A stretch of 64,000 nucleotides of DNA from Phoronis australis (GCA_002633005.1 NMRA01000085.1:186001-250000); one strand, 5' to 3'; numbered from the stretch's first letter, positions 50,816 through 64,000 are shown. The notes: generated from the sequence alone by a model not told the origin. Translations and numbers: made by a program.

Positions 50816-52250
50816 AGTCCATATTTACCACGTCAGCTGTTACATTACCTAACGCATGAGCTGCATGGCATTCTGGCAATTTATCATCCTTAATAAGTTC
50901 AGGTGTTGCTTGCGGCTTTCTGTGTAGAGTCTTTCGATTGAGCTTCCCCCCTAAAGTATAGAATGTATTCATGCAGGTATTTCGTGTGCAAGGCCCAAGG
51001 AACATATCGAAAACGTGACCTAGAGTTTTACCGTTTAGTTTCTTAAGTCAACGAGCTGGCTTTGGAATGAAGAAAATGACAACTGCTATAACAGTTCACC
51101 TGAGACTCTGGCGATGACTTCACAATTATGTTCTTCCAAAGAATGATCCAATGACGCATTGCATACCACACGGAGTACTTTACGCGAGAAGTGTGAAGTA
51201 CTGTCAAAATACATCAATAATTTTCCAGTTAGTGCACAAATGTACTCAAATAAAACTCTAAAGCAGGCTGTCTATCACATGGACTTGACTGTATCACCGC
51301 GTAAAGTGCTTCAAGTAAAAATTGAAGATAAAATACGTCCATAATTTTGAAACGTACGGTAAAAATGAAAATACAGTAGGACTGGGTAGTCGCCGAGCGC
51401 CACTCACATCTCGGTGTATTTACCCACCGGCGTGGCAGTACCGAAACCCCGTCAAGCAAATTTGTATCCTCGTTTTTGCACCATAGGAGTTTCACGTATC
51501 ACTTCATCTTGTCGGACACTTTACAAGCTTTTCTTGACTGCATTACTAAATTCGTCACCAACGAAGCATTACTGCTGTGCTTAGGTCTCCAACGTGAGAA
51601 AGTTGGGTTGAAACTCAAATGACAAGTATGCGTGGATGCAGATGTTAAATTCTTTGCCTTCTCAACATCTCAACGTGAACAAAGACAAAAATGTGGAGCG
51701 AGTGCAAGAAACTTTTTCGTCGGGTTACTTTTGGATCTGTAAAAATACCATTTTCTGAAGACATCTTTTAATTTCCGGTATTTTTGTACTCCGCTTGAAA
51801 TCCGGAATATTTCCACGGCCACACACCTCGACGGTTTCCGTGAAAATGTGCCTGACAATCCAAAACGAGGCCAGCGAAAACAACACGCTTTCTTACCTCC
51901 GGGACAAAAGAGAATTCTCATCGCTGTCACAGCGGTGTAATCCTGGTGTGCGTTCAGTAACGCTCTATAGGATCTACGCTCGGACTTAGCTAAAATCTAA
52001 TTAAAGACACGGCAATATCTCACGTAATCTCGCAAAATCTTGCTTTTTAGCGAGGTCCTAGCGATAGTAGGACCGAGCCTCCTCAGGGGGTCAGGTTCCA
52101 TCGACACAGGGACAGATAAAAAGATATCCCGGATTCCGCGGCAAAAGACCCCCACACGACCTTCAAGACAACAAGCCAACCCAAAAACATTAACCCCACG
52201 ATCGGACAGGACGCCCAGGCAACGAAACACCGCAACGGCGTACTTTCTGT
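50816..52250 (-). pseudogene. Possible decayed intronless rhodopsin-family GPCR pseudogene
   Basis: Collinear TM-like fragments across stops and frameshifts: PIVGLMFLGWLVVL (TM1-like), GISFYLSLC (TM2-like), A*IL*SVTER (TM3/ERY-like, ~51950-51980), RQSLR*TVIAVVIFFI (TM6-like, ~51065-51113), NTCMNTFYTLGGKLNRKTL (TM7/helix-8-like, ~50926-50982). Recognised by eye only. Confidence 0.4.
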
Positions 52251-53289
52251 CGAGCATTGTTTGATGAAAAACAAATATTCCTACGAGTGACATTTCGAGG
52301 TCTATACTAGCGTAGTATAGCAAATCAGGGATTCCGATTACCTGTATAGAATTGGCACTTATTGACTTGTGTTCTTTTGTAAGAATATGAATTTTCATTT
52401 TACCTATCCAAAAAGCGTATAGGAATTAATTTTTCCGGCGCAAATATGTGTACGAATTATTTTTCCCTCGGACTCCTACTGTACGAAATATTAGCCGAGA
52501 CAAACCCCATGTTTCAATTGGGCCGAGTACGAACTAATAGAGTGTACGAACTATGAGAGAAAACACCTTTAAGTAGTTGTTGTGATATGCCGTTTTACTA
52601 TATGCGAATTTTAGACAAAATTTGCGTTCTAGTGCTGCTAAAGTTGCGCTGCGATGTTTTGCGTCAGCTTTCGGCAACATCGATGAAATAGTGCGTCACC
52701 TATTGGCCAGTTTCTTTTTTCCCAATTCTTCAATCAAGGTTCTTCCTCCACGATGTTGCGTATATGTCACAACAAATTAATCGTCAATGGAACTCAAAAG
52801 TCGAAATAATATTTTTGTTTTTCAGTATTGAAACTATTTTTGGAGGAAGTACTCAATAATCTGAAATTAACTAAATATACCCTCGGCGAGATAACGTGTT
52901 GAGAGTATCGGATTGAAATTCGCCCACAGACAAGTTGGACGAGTTTTACCGATAAAAATCAAATAAAAAAGCCAATATAATATAAGTTACATTTTATTAT
53001 TGACAATTTTTACAAACAAATGCAGAAAAAGACTGGAAAGTACTTAGAAATGCTCCCTAAAAGTTTGAGGCTTTTAACTGCCAGCGGTCTCAGAACTTAA
53101 AATTGAAAAATTGTTAGGGCTTCTTATCCGATCCCGGGATAGCTGTTTTAAAGGTCGGGGTTCGTGTTTTGAAAGTGCGGAGTCTGTTTTCGACTCCGGG
53201 ATGTCTGTTTTACACCCGGTCGGGGTTCCTCATGACACCGGCCCTATTATATCGCTTGCTGCCGCTTTACTCGTGATCGCGGTTCTCAA

Positions 53290-53440
53290 CATGGGCGGCA
53301 CAGCCGCTCTGAAAAATGTGGGGCTATAGCCCCCCAGTCCCCCCTGTGGTGCACCGCCCATAGACCGTGGGCGTCACAGCACTGAAAAATTGGGGCTATA
53401 GCCCCCCCCCCAGCCCGGGCCCCAAGGTGCACCGCCCATG
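53290..53440. mobile_element. Tandem dimer of the tiny CATGGGCGG MITE
   Basis: Two ~72-bp units (53290-53362, 53366-53440), each CATGGGCG..CACAGC..CTGAAAAAT..GGGCTATAGCCCCC...GGTGCACCGCCCAT(G); flanked by CTCAA/CTCAG. Confidence 0.7.
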
Positions 53441-54031
53441 CTCAGCCCGTAGGTCGCACTCCCCAGTCGTACTTCCGTCACGGTGACACGCAAGTCCATA
53501 TGCTCGGACGATTTCAATGTGTTTGGATTTGGTCACAAAATGTATAATTTGCCTAGTTGTAATGTAAACTGGTATAAGTTTTGTATTTTCACACCGTGCA
53601 TGTATCGCGTTCAATTCTCTACGTCACGACTGAACCACACACCGTTGTAATTCGGCTGGGTACTTGCAGGGCACCGACTCAGTTCCGCGTCTGACTGAAT
53701 AGCGCTACCGCCTCGTTAAACAACGAGGACAACGGATTTTAAAAAGCACTATCACTGATAATGTGCCTTTCTTTTTTACTAGGTCTGTATCGACTTTTCA
53801 GACACCCGCAGTGACCCGACATGCAGCCCACGGGTGCTCGCAGCGCTATTTCAGATGACGTGTTTACGCGAATGAGACTTCTGTGTTCAGTACCTGCCAG
53901 TGCAACAGACTACCGCTTCTCAAAATCGAAACTACATAGTGCTTGGTACAAACACTTTACACCCCCAGCAGCAGCAACCTATCAATCCATCAATCAAGTC
54001 AGTGCTGGCCTAGTTCCGGCCGTCAGCGCGC

Positions 54032-55163
54032 AGTCAGGTTTACTGCAAGTAACCTGCTGTGAGTCATCCAGACTGCAGTATATCTGTTTCGCATCCTCCC
54101 AAACAAGGCCATGACTTACGGTCATGTCACATACCGGTAGTTTAAACTGCTCCACCTAATCAAACTGAAAATTATAAAAGTATACAGGGGTAAAAATTAA
54201 GAATGTTTGCTTGCGATACATCAAATTATCAAGCTCTCGTTTATTATGTTAGCCCCCTGGTTTTACATGTCTGATCAATGTTAATGCATGCTCCCTTGAA
54301 CTCTGATAAAGATTGGGTGTAGTAGGTTGTGTACGTGCGTGGTTCTACACCATAAACAACACAACTGCCTTCGGGCGTGGCTAGTTTCTGGTGCGTGAAG
54401 TCAATTTCACTTGGAGTGAAAGAAAGAGAGTGTGTATCTGCTGTGTTCTTCCGAACCTCAGGTAAGTTTCATGNACATAATGTGTGTTTATTGTGCATGT
54501 ATGTGTTTCAAGCACGCGGCTATTAAACATCACTGCAGAAACGAAATAGTTGCTGCGACGCCACTTGCATGACAAGGCTAAAAATCGTTCACAGTCCGCC
54601 ATTTTTTCAAGGTGTTGTAAAGCTAACCAATGACTGCGAAGATTACATCGACCAATGCTAAAGCGCGTGCCACTAGGTGATACCTGCGTGCTGGCTGGGC
54701 TAAGCACGCAGGGAACCAGCGAGTCAGGTTTACTGCAAGTAACCTGCTGTGAGTCATCCAGACTGCAGTATATCTGTTTCGCATCCTCCCAAACAAGGCC
54801 ATGACTTACGGTCATGTCACATACCGGTTGTTTAAACTGATCCACCTAATCAAACTGAAAATTATAAAAGTATACAGGCGTAAAAATTAAGAATGTTTGC
54901 TTGCGATACATCAAATTATCAAGCTCTCGTTTATTATGTTAGCCCCCTGGTTTTACATGTCTGATCAATGTTAATGCATGCTCCCTTGAACTCTGATAAA
55001 GATTGGGTGTAGTAGGTTGTGTTCGTGCGTGGTTCTACACCATAAACAACACAACTGCCTTCGGGCGTGGCTAGTTTCTGGTGCGTGAAGTCAATTTCAC
55101 TTGGAGTGAAAGAAAGAGAGTGTGTATCTGCTGTGTTCTTCCGAACCTCAGGTAAGTTTCATG
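54032..55163. repeat. ~440-bp duplication across N54474 (54032-54473 vs 54722-55163), probable haplotype overlap
   Basis: Near-identical copies; the first ends exactly at the N. Confidence 0.85.
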
Positions 55164-58100
55164 ACGGCTCGTTACGCAGCGCTTCCGCCTTTCAGCAATA
55201 GCAATGCCGCGGCGCTGCAACCGGTGACCACAATAGGGGTAATGATTGGAAACCCGCTGTTGGAGTTAATTTCAGTGCTGCGCACTCGTGGATCATCCGT
55301 GTAAGAATAAATAACGGAATTAATTGTTGAACTATTAATCTACCTTAGAAAATGTGTTGTTGGATGCATTGTTGTATCTTTATCGCCCTAGTATCTTGTA
55401 TTAATTCATTTCATCGCCAATCACAGCAAAATGGGGATCGCTGGTTGACTCGTTGGAGCTATAGTGAGCAATAAAATCAGAGCACTATCTCAGGGCATGT
55501 CTTGGAGCATCGTGAATAAAATTGAGAACTGAGAAACACTAGGAGTGACATTGAATTTACGAAGATTGAAAAATTTGAGGGGGGGGGTGTCCCGGGGGGG
55601 TCCCTTGAAGTCCCTACTTTTTCAAATTGAGTATGTTTACCACCAACTTTATACATTCCACATATGCAGTTTAACCACAAAGCCAGTTTATTTTTGTTGT
55701 TACATCTCCTCAAATCTTTACACTTAATTGAATTTCAGACTCCGCACAGCTGTTGATTCCACTACTCCGCTGAAAATATAGCATTAGATTAATTTTAAAA
55801 AGATTGACATGAAAATATTTGAGAGATTTGAAACATCTTTTGAGTGGTAGAGTAAAGAGGTTCAAAGGGTCATAATCGGCGCGAAATGTGATTTTCTGAG
55901 ACCAGCCTCATCGAACCTGTTACCCCGCGATCGCACCCAAACTTGCTGCTGGCGGAGCTAAATGGCATTTGGTAATGGCAGAGTATTTGATGCGAATTAA
56001 AGTTTTAAAGTCACTAACCTTGGACGTAGACAACATCGAAAATTGCCGATTTGTAGCAAAATGACAAAAGAACGTAGGCCTATTTTGTTGTTTTATAGCT
56101 CCCGTCAAAGCTTAATAACTACCCCATCAAACAGTAACCCAAAAATGCGTGTTCAGCTGTACCAACGCCCGTTTAGGATGTCACGCCATTAAATACTCCC
56201 CAGGATCATTTTCAGCGTTCCAAACGATACGAGGTCAAAATTTAATGCTACATCGACGTTATTCATATTGTCCTGGCAACATATCGTGATATAAAGTTAT
56301 CGTATTTGCTTTCAATAAATTCGAATTTCGTATGACACCTGACTGATGGCCACATACAGGTGAGAAAGTCAGCTGCTGGGTGGAGTCAGGCTGTTGTTGC
56401 TATTTATTGGAAAATTTTGCTTTGCGATAAAAAGCAACGTCCATTCAGTTGCGAACTTTGAATCGGTGTACAATGGACCAATTATTTGCGAGTTTGATCA
56501 CGTGCTAAATATGTATTCTTTTACTCAAACGTCTTTAAAAGACTGTGTGACAGCTGAGTGAATCTACTGATTTCCAAGTGGGTCCAGTCAGAAATTTTAA
56601 AATAAATTAGAACACATAGATTGATGTATCAAGAGTATTAAAATAAACGTACCAATGTACCAGTATCTATTTTCTGAAGGCGGGGACATTGGGCGAGTTC
56701 GTGACAGCCGTCCCAAGCCCTTTACAAGCGATGGTTATGGAATTCTAATCATGTCCTTCTGTTAGCGCGTTCTGGTTTTACTCGTTAGCGCGTTAGGCAG
56801 CACGGATTTCAAGAACGGGTTGCCGATTCAGATTTGTACACAACTGTTTAGTCTGTAAGTAGGCGTTCGACCTGTTGACCCTTTCATTCGTGCGTGAATG
56901 TCGTTCAGTCTGGGAGGCGCAATGGAATCCGTCTTACTGACGGCAGTCGGCGCTATGGAATGAGAAATTATCCCGGAGAAGACGCTTGTGGGGGTGACTT
57001 AATTGTTAGAGGAAGGAACACAGTTTCAATGAGAGAACACCACACTGGACTAAGACTGACTTCATCCTGCGTGACACCCCTTTTTGGATCAATCGTAGAA
57101 ATCTGATCTTGCCTTGAAAAATATCCAGCTGACAAGAATGAACTCAGAACTCATTGTCATTCTGCCAGTTTGTTTACTATCGTTGATTTGGCGGCCTATT
57201 GGATTGCGAAGTTATTGACTGATCTGGGTCAGTGGCCCCGGGAAATGTAAATAATTAATAACATAATAATTAATAATATAATAATTGGTAACATAATAAT
57301 TAATAACATCATGTAGAAATCAGAATCCTTGTCTGGAAGTCAAAAGTTTAGATCCGGGACATTTTTAAATATTTTAACTCCAACGAAGGTTTGGCAAGCC
57401 AAACTCTGCACACGTCTACACGTGTACAACCTTAATCGAATTAACGCGTTATTCAGTGCAGACCCAGATTAACGCGTCCACCAGTTAACGTAGACCAACC
57501 CTCTAATGAGTCTTTAGAACAAAAAGTCACACCCNGAAGTCAATTTCACTTGGAGTGAAAGAAAGAGAGTGTGTATCTGCTGTGTTCTTCCGAACCTCAG
57601 GTAAGTTTCATGACGGCTCGTTACGCAGCGCTTCCGCCTTTCAGCAATAGCAATGCCGCGGCGCTGCAACCGGTGACCACAATAGGGGTAATGATTGGAA
57701 AGCCGCTGTTGGAGTTAATTTCAGTGCTGCGCACTCGTGGATCATCCGTGTAAGAATAAATAACGGAATTAATTGTTGAACTATTAATCTACCTTAGAAA
57801 ATGTGTTGTTGGATGCATTGTTGTATCTTTATCGCCCTAGTATCTTGTATTAATTCATTTCATCGCCAATCACAGCAAAATGGGGATCGCTGGTTGACTC
57901 GTTGGAGCTATAGTGAGCAATAAAACCAGAGCACTATCTCAGGACATGTCTTGGAGCATCGTGAATAAAATTGAGAACTGAGAAACACTAGGAGTGACAT
58001 TGAATTTACGAAGATTGAAAAATTTGAGGGGGGGGGTGTCCCGGGGGGGTCCCTTGAAGTCCCTACTTTTTCAAATTGAGTATGTTTACCACCAACTTTA

Positions 58101-60042
58101 TACATTCCACATCTGCAGTTTAACCACAAAGCCAGTTTATTTTTGTTGTTACATCTCCTCAAATCTTTACACTTAATTAAATTTCAGACTCCGCACAGCT
58201 GTTGATTCCACTACTCCGCTGAAAATATAGCATTAGATTAATTTTTAAAAGATTGACATGAAAATATTTGAGAGATTTGAAACATCTTTTGAGTGGTAGA
58301 GTAAAGAGGTTCAAAGGGTCATAATCGGCGCGAAATGTGATTTTCTGAGACCAGCCTCATCGCGGAATCGAACCTGTTACCCCGCGATCGCACCCAAACT
58401 TGCTGCTGGCGGAGCTAAATGGCATTTGGTAATGGCAGAGTATTTGATGCGAATTAAACTTTTAAAGTCACTAACCTTGGACGTAGAGAACATCGAAAAT
58501 TGGCGATTTAGTGTAGCAAAATGACAAAAGAACGTAGGCCTATTTTGTTGTTTTATAGCTCCCGTCAAAGCTTAATAACTACCCCATCAAACAGTAACCC
58601 AAAAATGCGTGTTCAGCAGTACCAACGCCCGTTTAGGATGTCACGCCATTAAATACTCCCCAGGATCATTTCCAGCGTTCCAAACGATACGAGGTCAAAA
58701 TTTAATGCTACATCGACGTTATTCATATTGTCATGGCAACATATCGTGATATAAAGTTATCGTATTTGCTTTCAATAAATTCGGATTTCGTATGACACCT
58801 GACTGATGGCCACATACAGGTGAGGAAGTCAGCTGCTGGGTGGAGTCAGGCTGTTGTTGCTATTTATTGGAAAATTTTGCTGTGTGATAAAAAGCAACGT
58901 CCATTCAGTTGCGAACTTTGAATCGGTGTACAATGGACCAGTTTCGCAACGCAAAATATTTGCGAGTTTGATCACGTGCTTAATATGTATCCTTTTACTT
59001 AAAGGTCTTTAGAAGAGTAGGTGACAGCTGAGTGAATCTACTGATTTGCAAGTGGGTCCCGCAGTCAGAAATTTTAAAATAAATTAGAACACATAGATTG
59101 ATTTATCAAGAGAATTAAAATAAACGTACCAATGTCCCATTATCTCTTTTCTGAAGGCGGGGACATTGGGCGGGTTCGTGACAGCCGTCCCAAGCCCTTT
59201 ACAAGCGATGGTTATGGAATTCCAATCATGTCCTTCTGTTAGCGCGTTCTGGTTTTACTCGTTAGCGCGTTAGGCAGCACGGATTTCGAGAACGGGTTAC
59301 CGATTTAGATTTGTACTCAACTGTTTAGTCTGTAAGTAGGCGTTCGACCTGTTGACCCTTTCATTCGTGCGTGAATGTGGTTCAGTCTGGGAGGCGCAAT
59401 GGAATCCGTCTTACTGACCGCAGTAGGCGCTATGAAATGAGAAATTATCCCGGAGAAGACGCTTGTGGGGGTGACTTGTTAGAGGAAGGAACACAGTTTC
59501 AATGAGAAAACACCACACTGCACTAAGACTGACTTCATCCTGCGTGACATCCCTTTTTGGATCAATCGTAGAAATCTGATCTTGCCTTGAAAAATATCAA
59601 GCTGACAAGAATGAACTCAGAATTCATTGTCAGTCTGCCAGTTTGTTTACTATCTGTGATTTGGCGGCCTATTGGATTGCGAAGTCATTGACTGATCTGG
59701 GTCAGTGGCCCCGGGATATGAAAATAATTAGTAACATAATAATTAATAACATAATAATTAATAACATAATAATTAATAACATAATAATTAATAACATAAT
59801 AATTAGTAACATAATAATTAATAACATCATGTAGAAATCAGAATCCTTGTCTGGAAGTCAAAAGTTTAGATCCGGGACATTTTTAAATTTTCTAACTCCA
59901 ACGAAGGCTTGGCAAGCCACACTGCACACGTCTACAACCTTAATCGATTTAACGCGTTCTTCAGTGCAGACCCAGATTAACGCGTCCACCAGTTGACGTA
60001 GATCAACCCTCTAATGAGTCTTTAGAACAAAAAGTCACACCC
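55087..60042. repeat. ~2.45-kb duplication across N57535 (55087-57534 vs 57536-60042), probable haplotype overlap
   Basis: Collinear copies with scattered SNPs and small indels; the junction falls exactly at the N. Confidence 0.88.
59722..59828. repeat. 15-bp AT-rich VNTR (ataattaataacata) x~7
   Basis: Directly visible; the counterpart at ~57250-57310 has only ~4 units. Confidence 0.85.
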
Positions 60043-60499
60043 TTATATATCATGTAATTTTCCGGAAAATTGTCTCTTTGTAGCGTTAGCTTCTGAAAAA
60101 GTATTGGAATCGAACCGGATACCGGAATTCACTTTGTGATATTTGTTTCAAAACCAAATTAATTTTACAAAGCGACAGAGGTCGGTATACAAAAGCAAAG
60201 AGGCCTACTTCTCAAAGAGCCCGTAGCCAAAGGGTGATTTTTGTTCTTTGGCTTCGGGTTTTGAAAAAAATTTCTGACTTTTAGCCTTGGCACGATTTCG
60301 TGAAACAGACTGCGCCCTCTGTGGACAGATTTTCAGCCGTTAGCCAAAAGAAATAGACTCATCCAGAAGCAGCCTCTGGTTTAGGAAAAAAGTACCTCGT
60401 AGCACATACCATTCGAGACTTAAAAGACATGACATTTACTGAACTATGGCAAAAAGTCAGCTTAAGAAAATGCACTCCTCCGGCACTATTGGCTTTCAG

Positions 60500-60935
60500 T
60501 GCCAGGTTGCATGAAACAGTCCCAAAATAGGGACTCAACTATGTGCCCTAAATCTTTTGCCTATTTGCATCTTTGTTTACTCACAGATGTAATCTGTTTT
60601 CTATCATTTCATCTTTAGTATGATCTCCTCTTCGATTAAAGACATTTTCTTATTATATAACTAAAAAGTGAGCCCTGAATTCAATGAAAATAAACAGGGA
60701 CTTAGTCCTTAAATTAGGAGCGTTGCATGAAGAGATCCCTATACATTTTCAATAATATTGAGAATTCAACGTCAAATTCACTCTCGATCTGTATCAAACC
60801 CAAAAATTGATTTAGTAACGAAACTAAAACAGCATAAGAAAGGACAATCAGTGTTTTCACAAGTCCACAAATGCACATTAGATTTAGGGAACTTAATGGA
60901 GTCCCTATTTTGGGACTGTTTCATGCAACCGGCCA
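60500..60935. mobile_element. Harbinger-like MITE, CWG TSD family, copy 2 (opposite orientation)
   Basis: CAG|TGCCAGGTTGCATGAAACAGTCCCAAAATAGGGACTC ... GAGTCCCTATTTTGGGACTGTTTCATGCAACCGGCCA|CAG; ~37-bp TIRs. Confidence 0.85.
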
Positions 60936-60945
60936 CAGGTAATAT

Positions 60946-61109
60946 CAGTGGCGGAATTAAGGGGGGGAGGGGTAGCCAAGGGAGCCATGGCCCTCCTAAA
61001 ATTCTTCCAGATTCCATTTGGCAATTCGGGGGTGCAAATTTCTGACGGACAAAATCCTGGCTAATACTCTGCCCTGCCCCCCAAACCCAAAATTCTGGAT
61101 CCGTCCCTG
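60946..61109. mobile_element. Shorter member of the 44450 MITE family, inserted ~10 bp from another MITE
   Basis: CAGTGGCGGAATTAAGGGG ... TTCTGGATCCGTCCCTG; shares catggccc..ctaaaattct.ccaga..ccattt and cccaa..caaaa with 44450-44712. Confidence 0.65.
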
Positions 61110-63539
61110 CATGTCATCGACCCTCTTAAAGGGATCGGATTCATGTTTCCCACTCCCTAATAGGGTAAGTATTCGAATTTCGAGCGTCTCACATCGTCAA
61201 AATAAAAAAGTTTCTTCTAGTTCTTATGAAGCTGAAAATGTCATTTCCACATGGTTACGTCTGGTTTAAAAGTGTTATCTTGGGCTGAACTCGTTCACAA
61301 CTTTTCGATTTCGGTTCAGTTTTCGGGCTCCCCAGATATCCAGATGCCTCTCTGAAGACAAACACTTAACCTATCCAGAAAAGAGATGTGTGTATATTAC
61401 GTGTCTCAAAACAGAAAGACAGTCTATGGCACTATTTTTTATTTAGCCGAGCAGTTATGATAAAACTATAAACATATGCAGCTTAGATACATAACCGCCC
61501 ACCGGATGCATGTTCAGTGTTGACTCATGAATTCCTCGGTTCTTTTCGACAGTTTTTGATATGTCAATTGTTTCCCATTTACCAAGTGGTATGGTCCAAG
61601 CGGTCACAAGATATGTTATCGACTGTTTTATGACATTCCACTTATTACCGCTTTAGGATACGCTAGGTAAGTACTGTCGAACAATTGTGATTAATTGTAA
61701 ATTTAGGTGAAGTCGCTGACCTTGAGTTATGATAAAGTCTTGTACCTGCGTTTTTTAATTCCGATTTTCATGGCTTGTGAACGAGAAAGTTTTTTTCCTT
61801 TAATAAGGAGACTCCGTGAGTTTCAGTTGCTCAAAATTTAACTTCAGTACTGTTTATATCGGAATCGGTTTACTTTGAAAAAATGACGTCATGATGGATT
61901 AGAATTATGGGAAATTGCTTACATCGTCTACCTTAATTTTTACGACCCATTTATGGTTCTTAAAGCGGCTATAAAACCAACTCCTATCACAAACAAAACA
62001 ACATTTGGATTTAGACCGTCAAATTGTAGGTGATTTCAAGACTTTGAAGGAACTGAAAGTTTGGAATTGTTTGAGACCAGGCTTTGTGAGATGGCTTATC
62101 ACTGCGTGCCGTTGTGTGCACCGAGCACGTCTCAAGGAATAACGAGCTGCCAGTAATTTGTAAACCTAAAAATCACTTCCTATCTGAGCAAGAAAAAATT
62201 TATGACCAATTTTATTGCGGTGAATAGTATAAATAAAATATTCTCTTCTTAGATGGAGCGCTGTTTGGATTGATTTCGCTTTAATGAAGAGGAAAGAATC
62301 TCCTAATGGAACAATGAACCCGCGCCCTCTGTCGGAAAACATTTTTTTTGATTTAGAACAATTAGTACATGGTGCTATTATTAAGTCGGTCTCATATTAT
62401 TTCTTGCTAAGAAAGAATTTCTAAGCTTGAGGAGAACTGACCGGTCGTTATTGTTTCTGGCCAGGCCAACTTTAAAGTTGCTCGTCACGACGGGTTAGTA
62501 TCAATTGCTATTGCAATATGGCCGTCAGGGGATGTTTCAGACGATTTACTGTACCCGATTTGAATTTGAATAACGGATAAGCACGCGATGAAGTTTCTTT
62601 CGATGATTTGCAACGCTAGGTAAAGAAAATAGATAATTGTAACAGCTTTAAGTATATTTAGTAAACAGGTGTACCCCCCGAGATATGGTTGTCCGCAATG
62701 TTCCCACGGAAAGGCCGTCGGACCAGTTGGCTGAAAATAGAAATACGTTGACCTCGCGTTTCCGATCGTGATGGCTCGCCTATATATTTATACAGCGCAC
62801 ATCAGTGAAAAAGTATGCTGGCGGGGCTGATGTGCGATAACAAATAACAAAAAATGAATGAATGAATTAGTTTCATTATAGTATCATGCGATAAACAGGT
62901 TTATACAAATACATTATTTGAAATAAAAAAACCCAGCCCGTTGGTCTCATACGTCACTATCCGCGTTTTGGAAATACATTGTGTGCAGAAATAAGAAACT
63001 CACTGTACAGACTAGCTAGTAAAAATTAACACTATCGCCCTCAGGTGTATGAAATAAGTTGTCAGACAAGTTGCCACTGCTTGCCTCATCAAATTCATGT
63101 TCTACAGCACACAGTGACTTCGAATAAACAGCACTGCGTTTTCTTGCCTCCATATTTGTGTGCCCTCAATAGAGGAGCACCAGCTCTTATCTGACAAAGC
63201 AGACAGACGCGATCCGACGTATTGTGCGAACAAAAAAGCAATGGATGTCGAAATTCTGTACACAAGATGTATTGTCAACCCTAACTGTTTGTTTGTACAC
63301 TCTTTCACAGTGCTACGAAAGGTATAGGTGGCGCTGTGTCAGAGGGTACTTTGTGTGGTGATTTATAGCAGGAAGGATATCTGAGTAGATCAGACGATCG
63401 TTTGCTCACGAGCACAGAACAACAAACGCACCTTGTCTCCAGAGAATGCTATCTCATTTATTGACGCCCACGCTGCACTGCCTGACAACGCATTACAATC
63501 GGATGCTGTGTATATGATATGGAGAGCCAAAGCGGAAAA

Positions 63540-64000
63540 AATCCCAGGACACAAATTGTCTATTCAAAAATTAAATTCTCTGCAGGACTAAAAATATAGG
63601 CCCTACTCAAACCAAACTTTATCTCACCAAGACCTGTAATTTATCACGTTAGGACCAAAATTTAACACCTCAGGACACAAAATTTATCACGCCAGGACCC
63701 AAAGTTTATCACACCAGGACATAGAATTTTCTTGCCAGGAGATTTTTTTGTCTGGAAAAAAATTAATGCCAGGAGGCCACGTGATAATGACGATCCAATG
63801 TGTCCAAGTGTACATTAGCTTCTGTTGTAAAACGTGGAAGAGATTGTCATGAAAATTTTCCGACGTGAAATTTTCCCGACGTGAAATTTCCTGTGAAATT
63901 TTCGGTCCTGACATGCTAAATTTTGGTCCTGGGGTGATAAATTATAGGTCCTGGCGTGATAAATTTTGATTTTGAGAATTTTTGGTCCTGCAGAGAATTT
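63540..64000. mobile_element. Foldback-type element with long, internally repetitive TIRs, truncated by the window end
   Basis: The left arm aaattctctgcaggac...(aaatttatcacgccaggacc)n is mirrored by the right arm (ggtcctggcgtgataaattt)n...gtcctgcagagaattt at 63900-64000. Confidence 0.75.

Noticed and set aside
59643-59834. ORF with IINN repeats
   Set aside because: Translation of the 15-bp VNTR; the counterpart copy has a stop before the repeat.

Overview
Eukaryotic, AT-rich, intron-rich genomic DNA that looks like a heterozygous invertebrate assembly (the taxon cannot be fixed from sequence alone). Two conserved chromatin genes sit head-to-head. On the minus strand is a BET-family double-bromodomain gene (BRD2/3/4, fs(1)h type) with 21 coding exons at 29825..4873, about 1205 aa; it has BD1, BD2, ET and a BRD4-like C-terminal motif, plus a predicted short isoform. 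On the plus strand is WDR5 with 12 coding exons at 32419..42781, 344 aa. Human BRD3 and WDR5 show the same divergent pairing. The rest is intronic or intergenic and holds many small non-autonomous transposons: Harbinger-like, hAT-like with unusual 5-6 bp TSDs, Mutator-like and foldback types. Highlights are a complete Helentron-type HINE whose ~150-bp tandem repeats each carry a co-oriented CTCF-consensus motif, a minimal Penelope-type hammerhead-ribozyme motif in a WDR5 intron, and a possible decayed GPCR pseudogene. Four near-identical duplications abut single N bases and are probably uncollapsed haplotypes; two of them appear to capture filled versus empty transposon alleles. All exon boundaries were read by eye.
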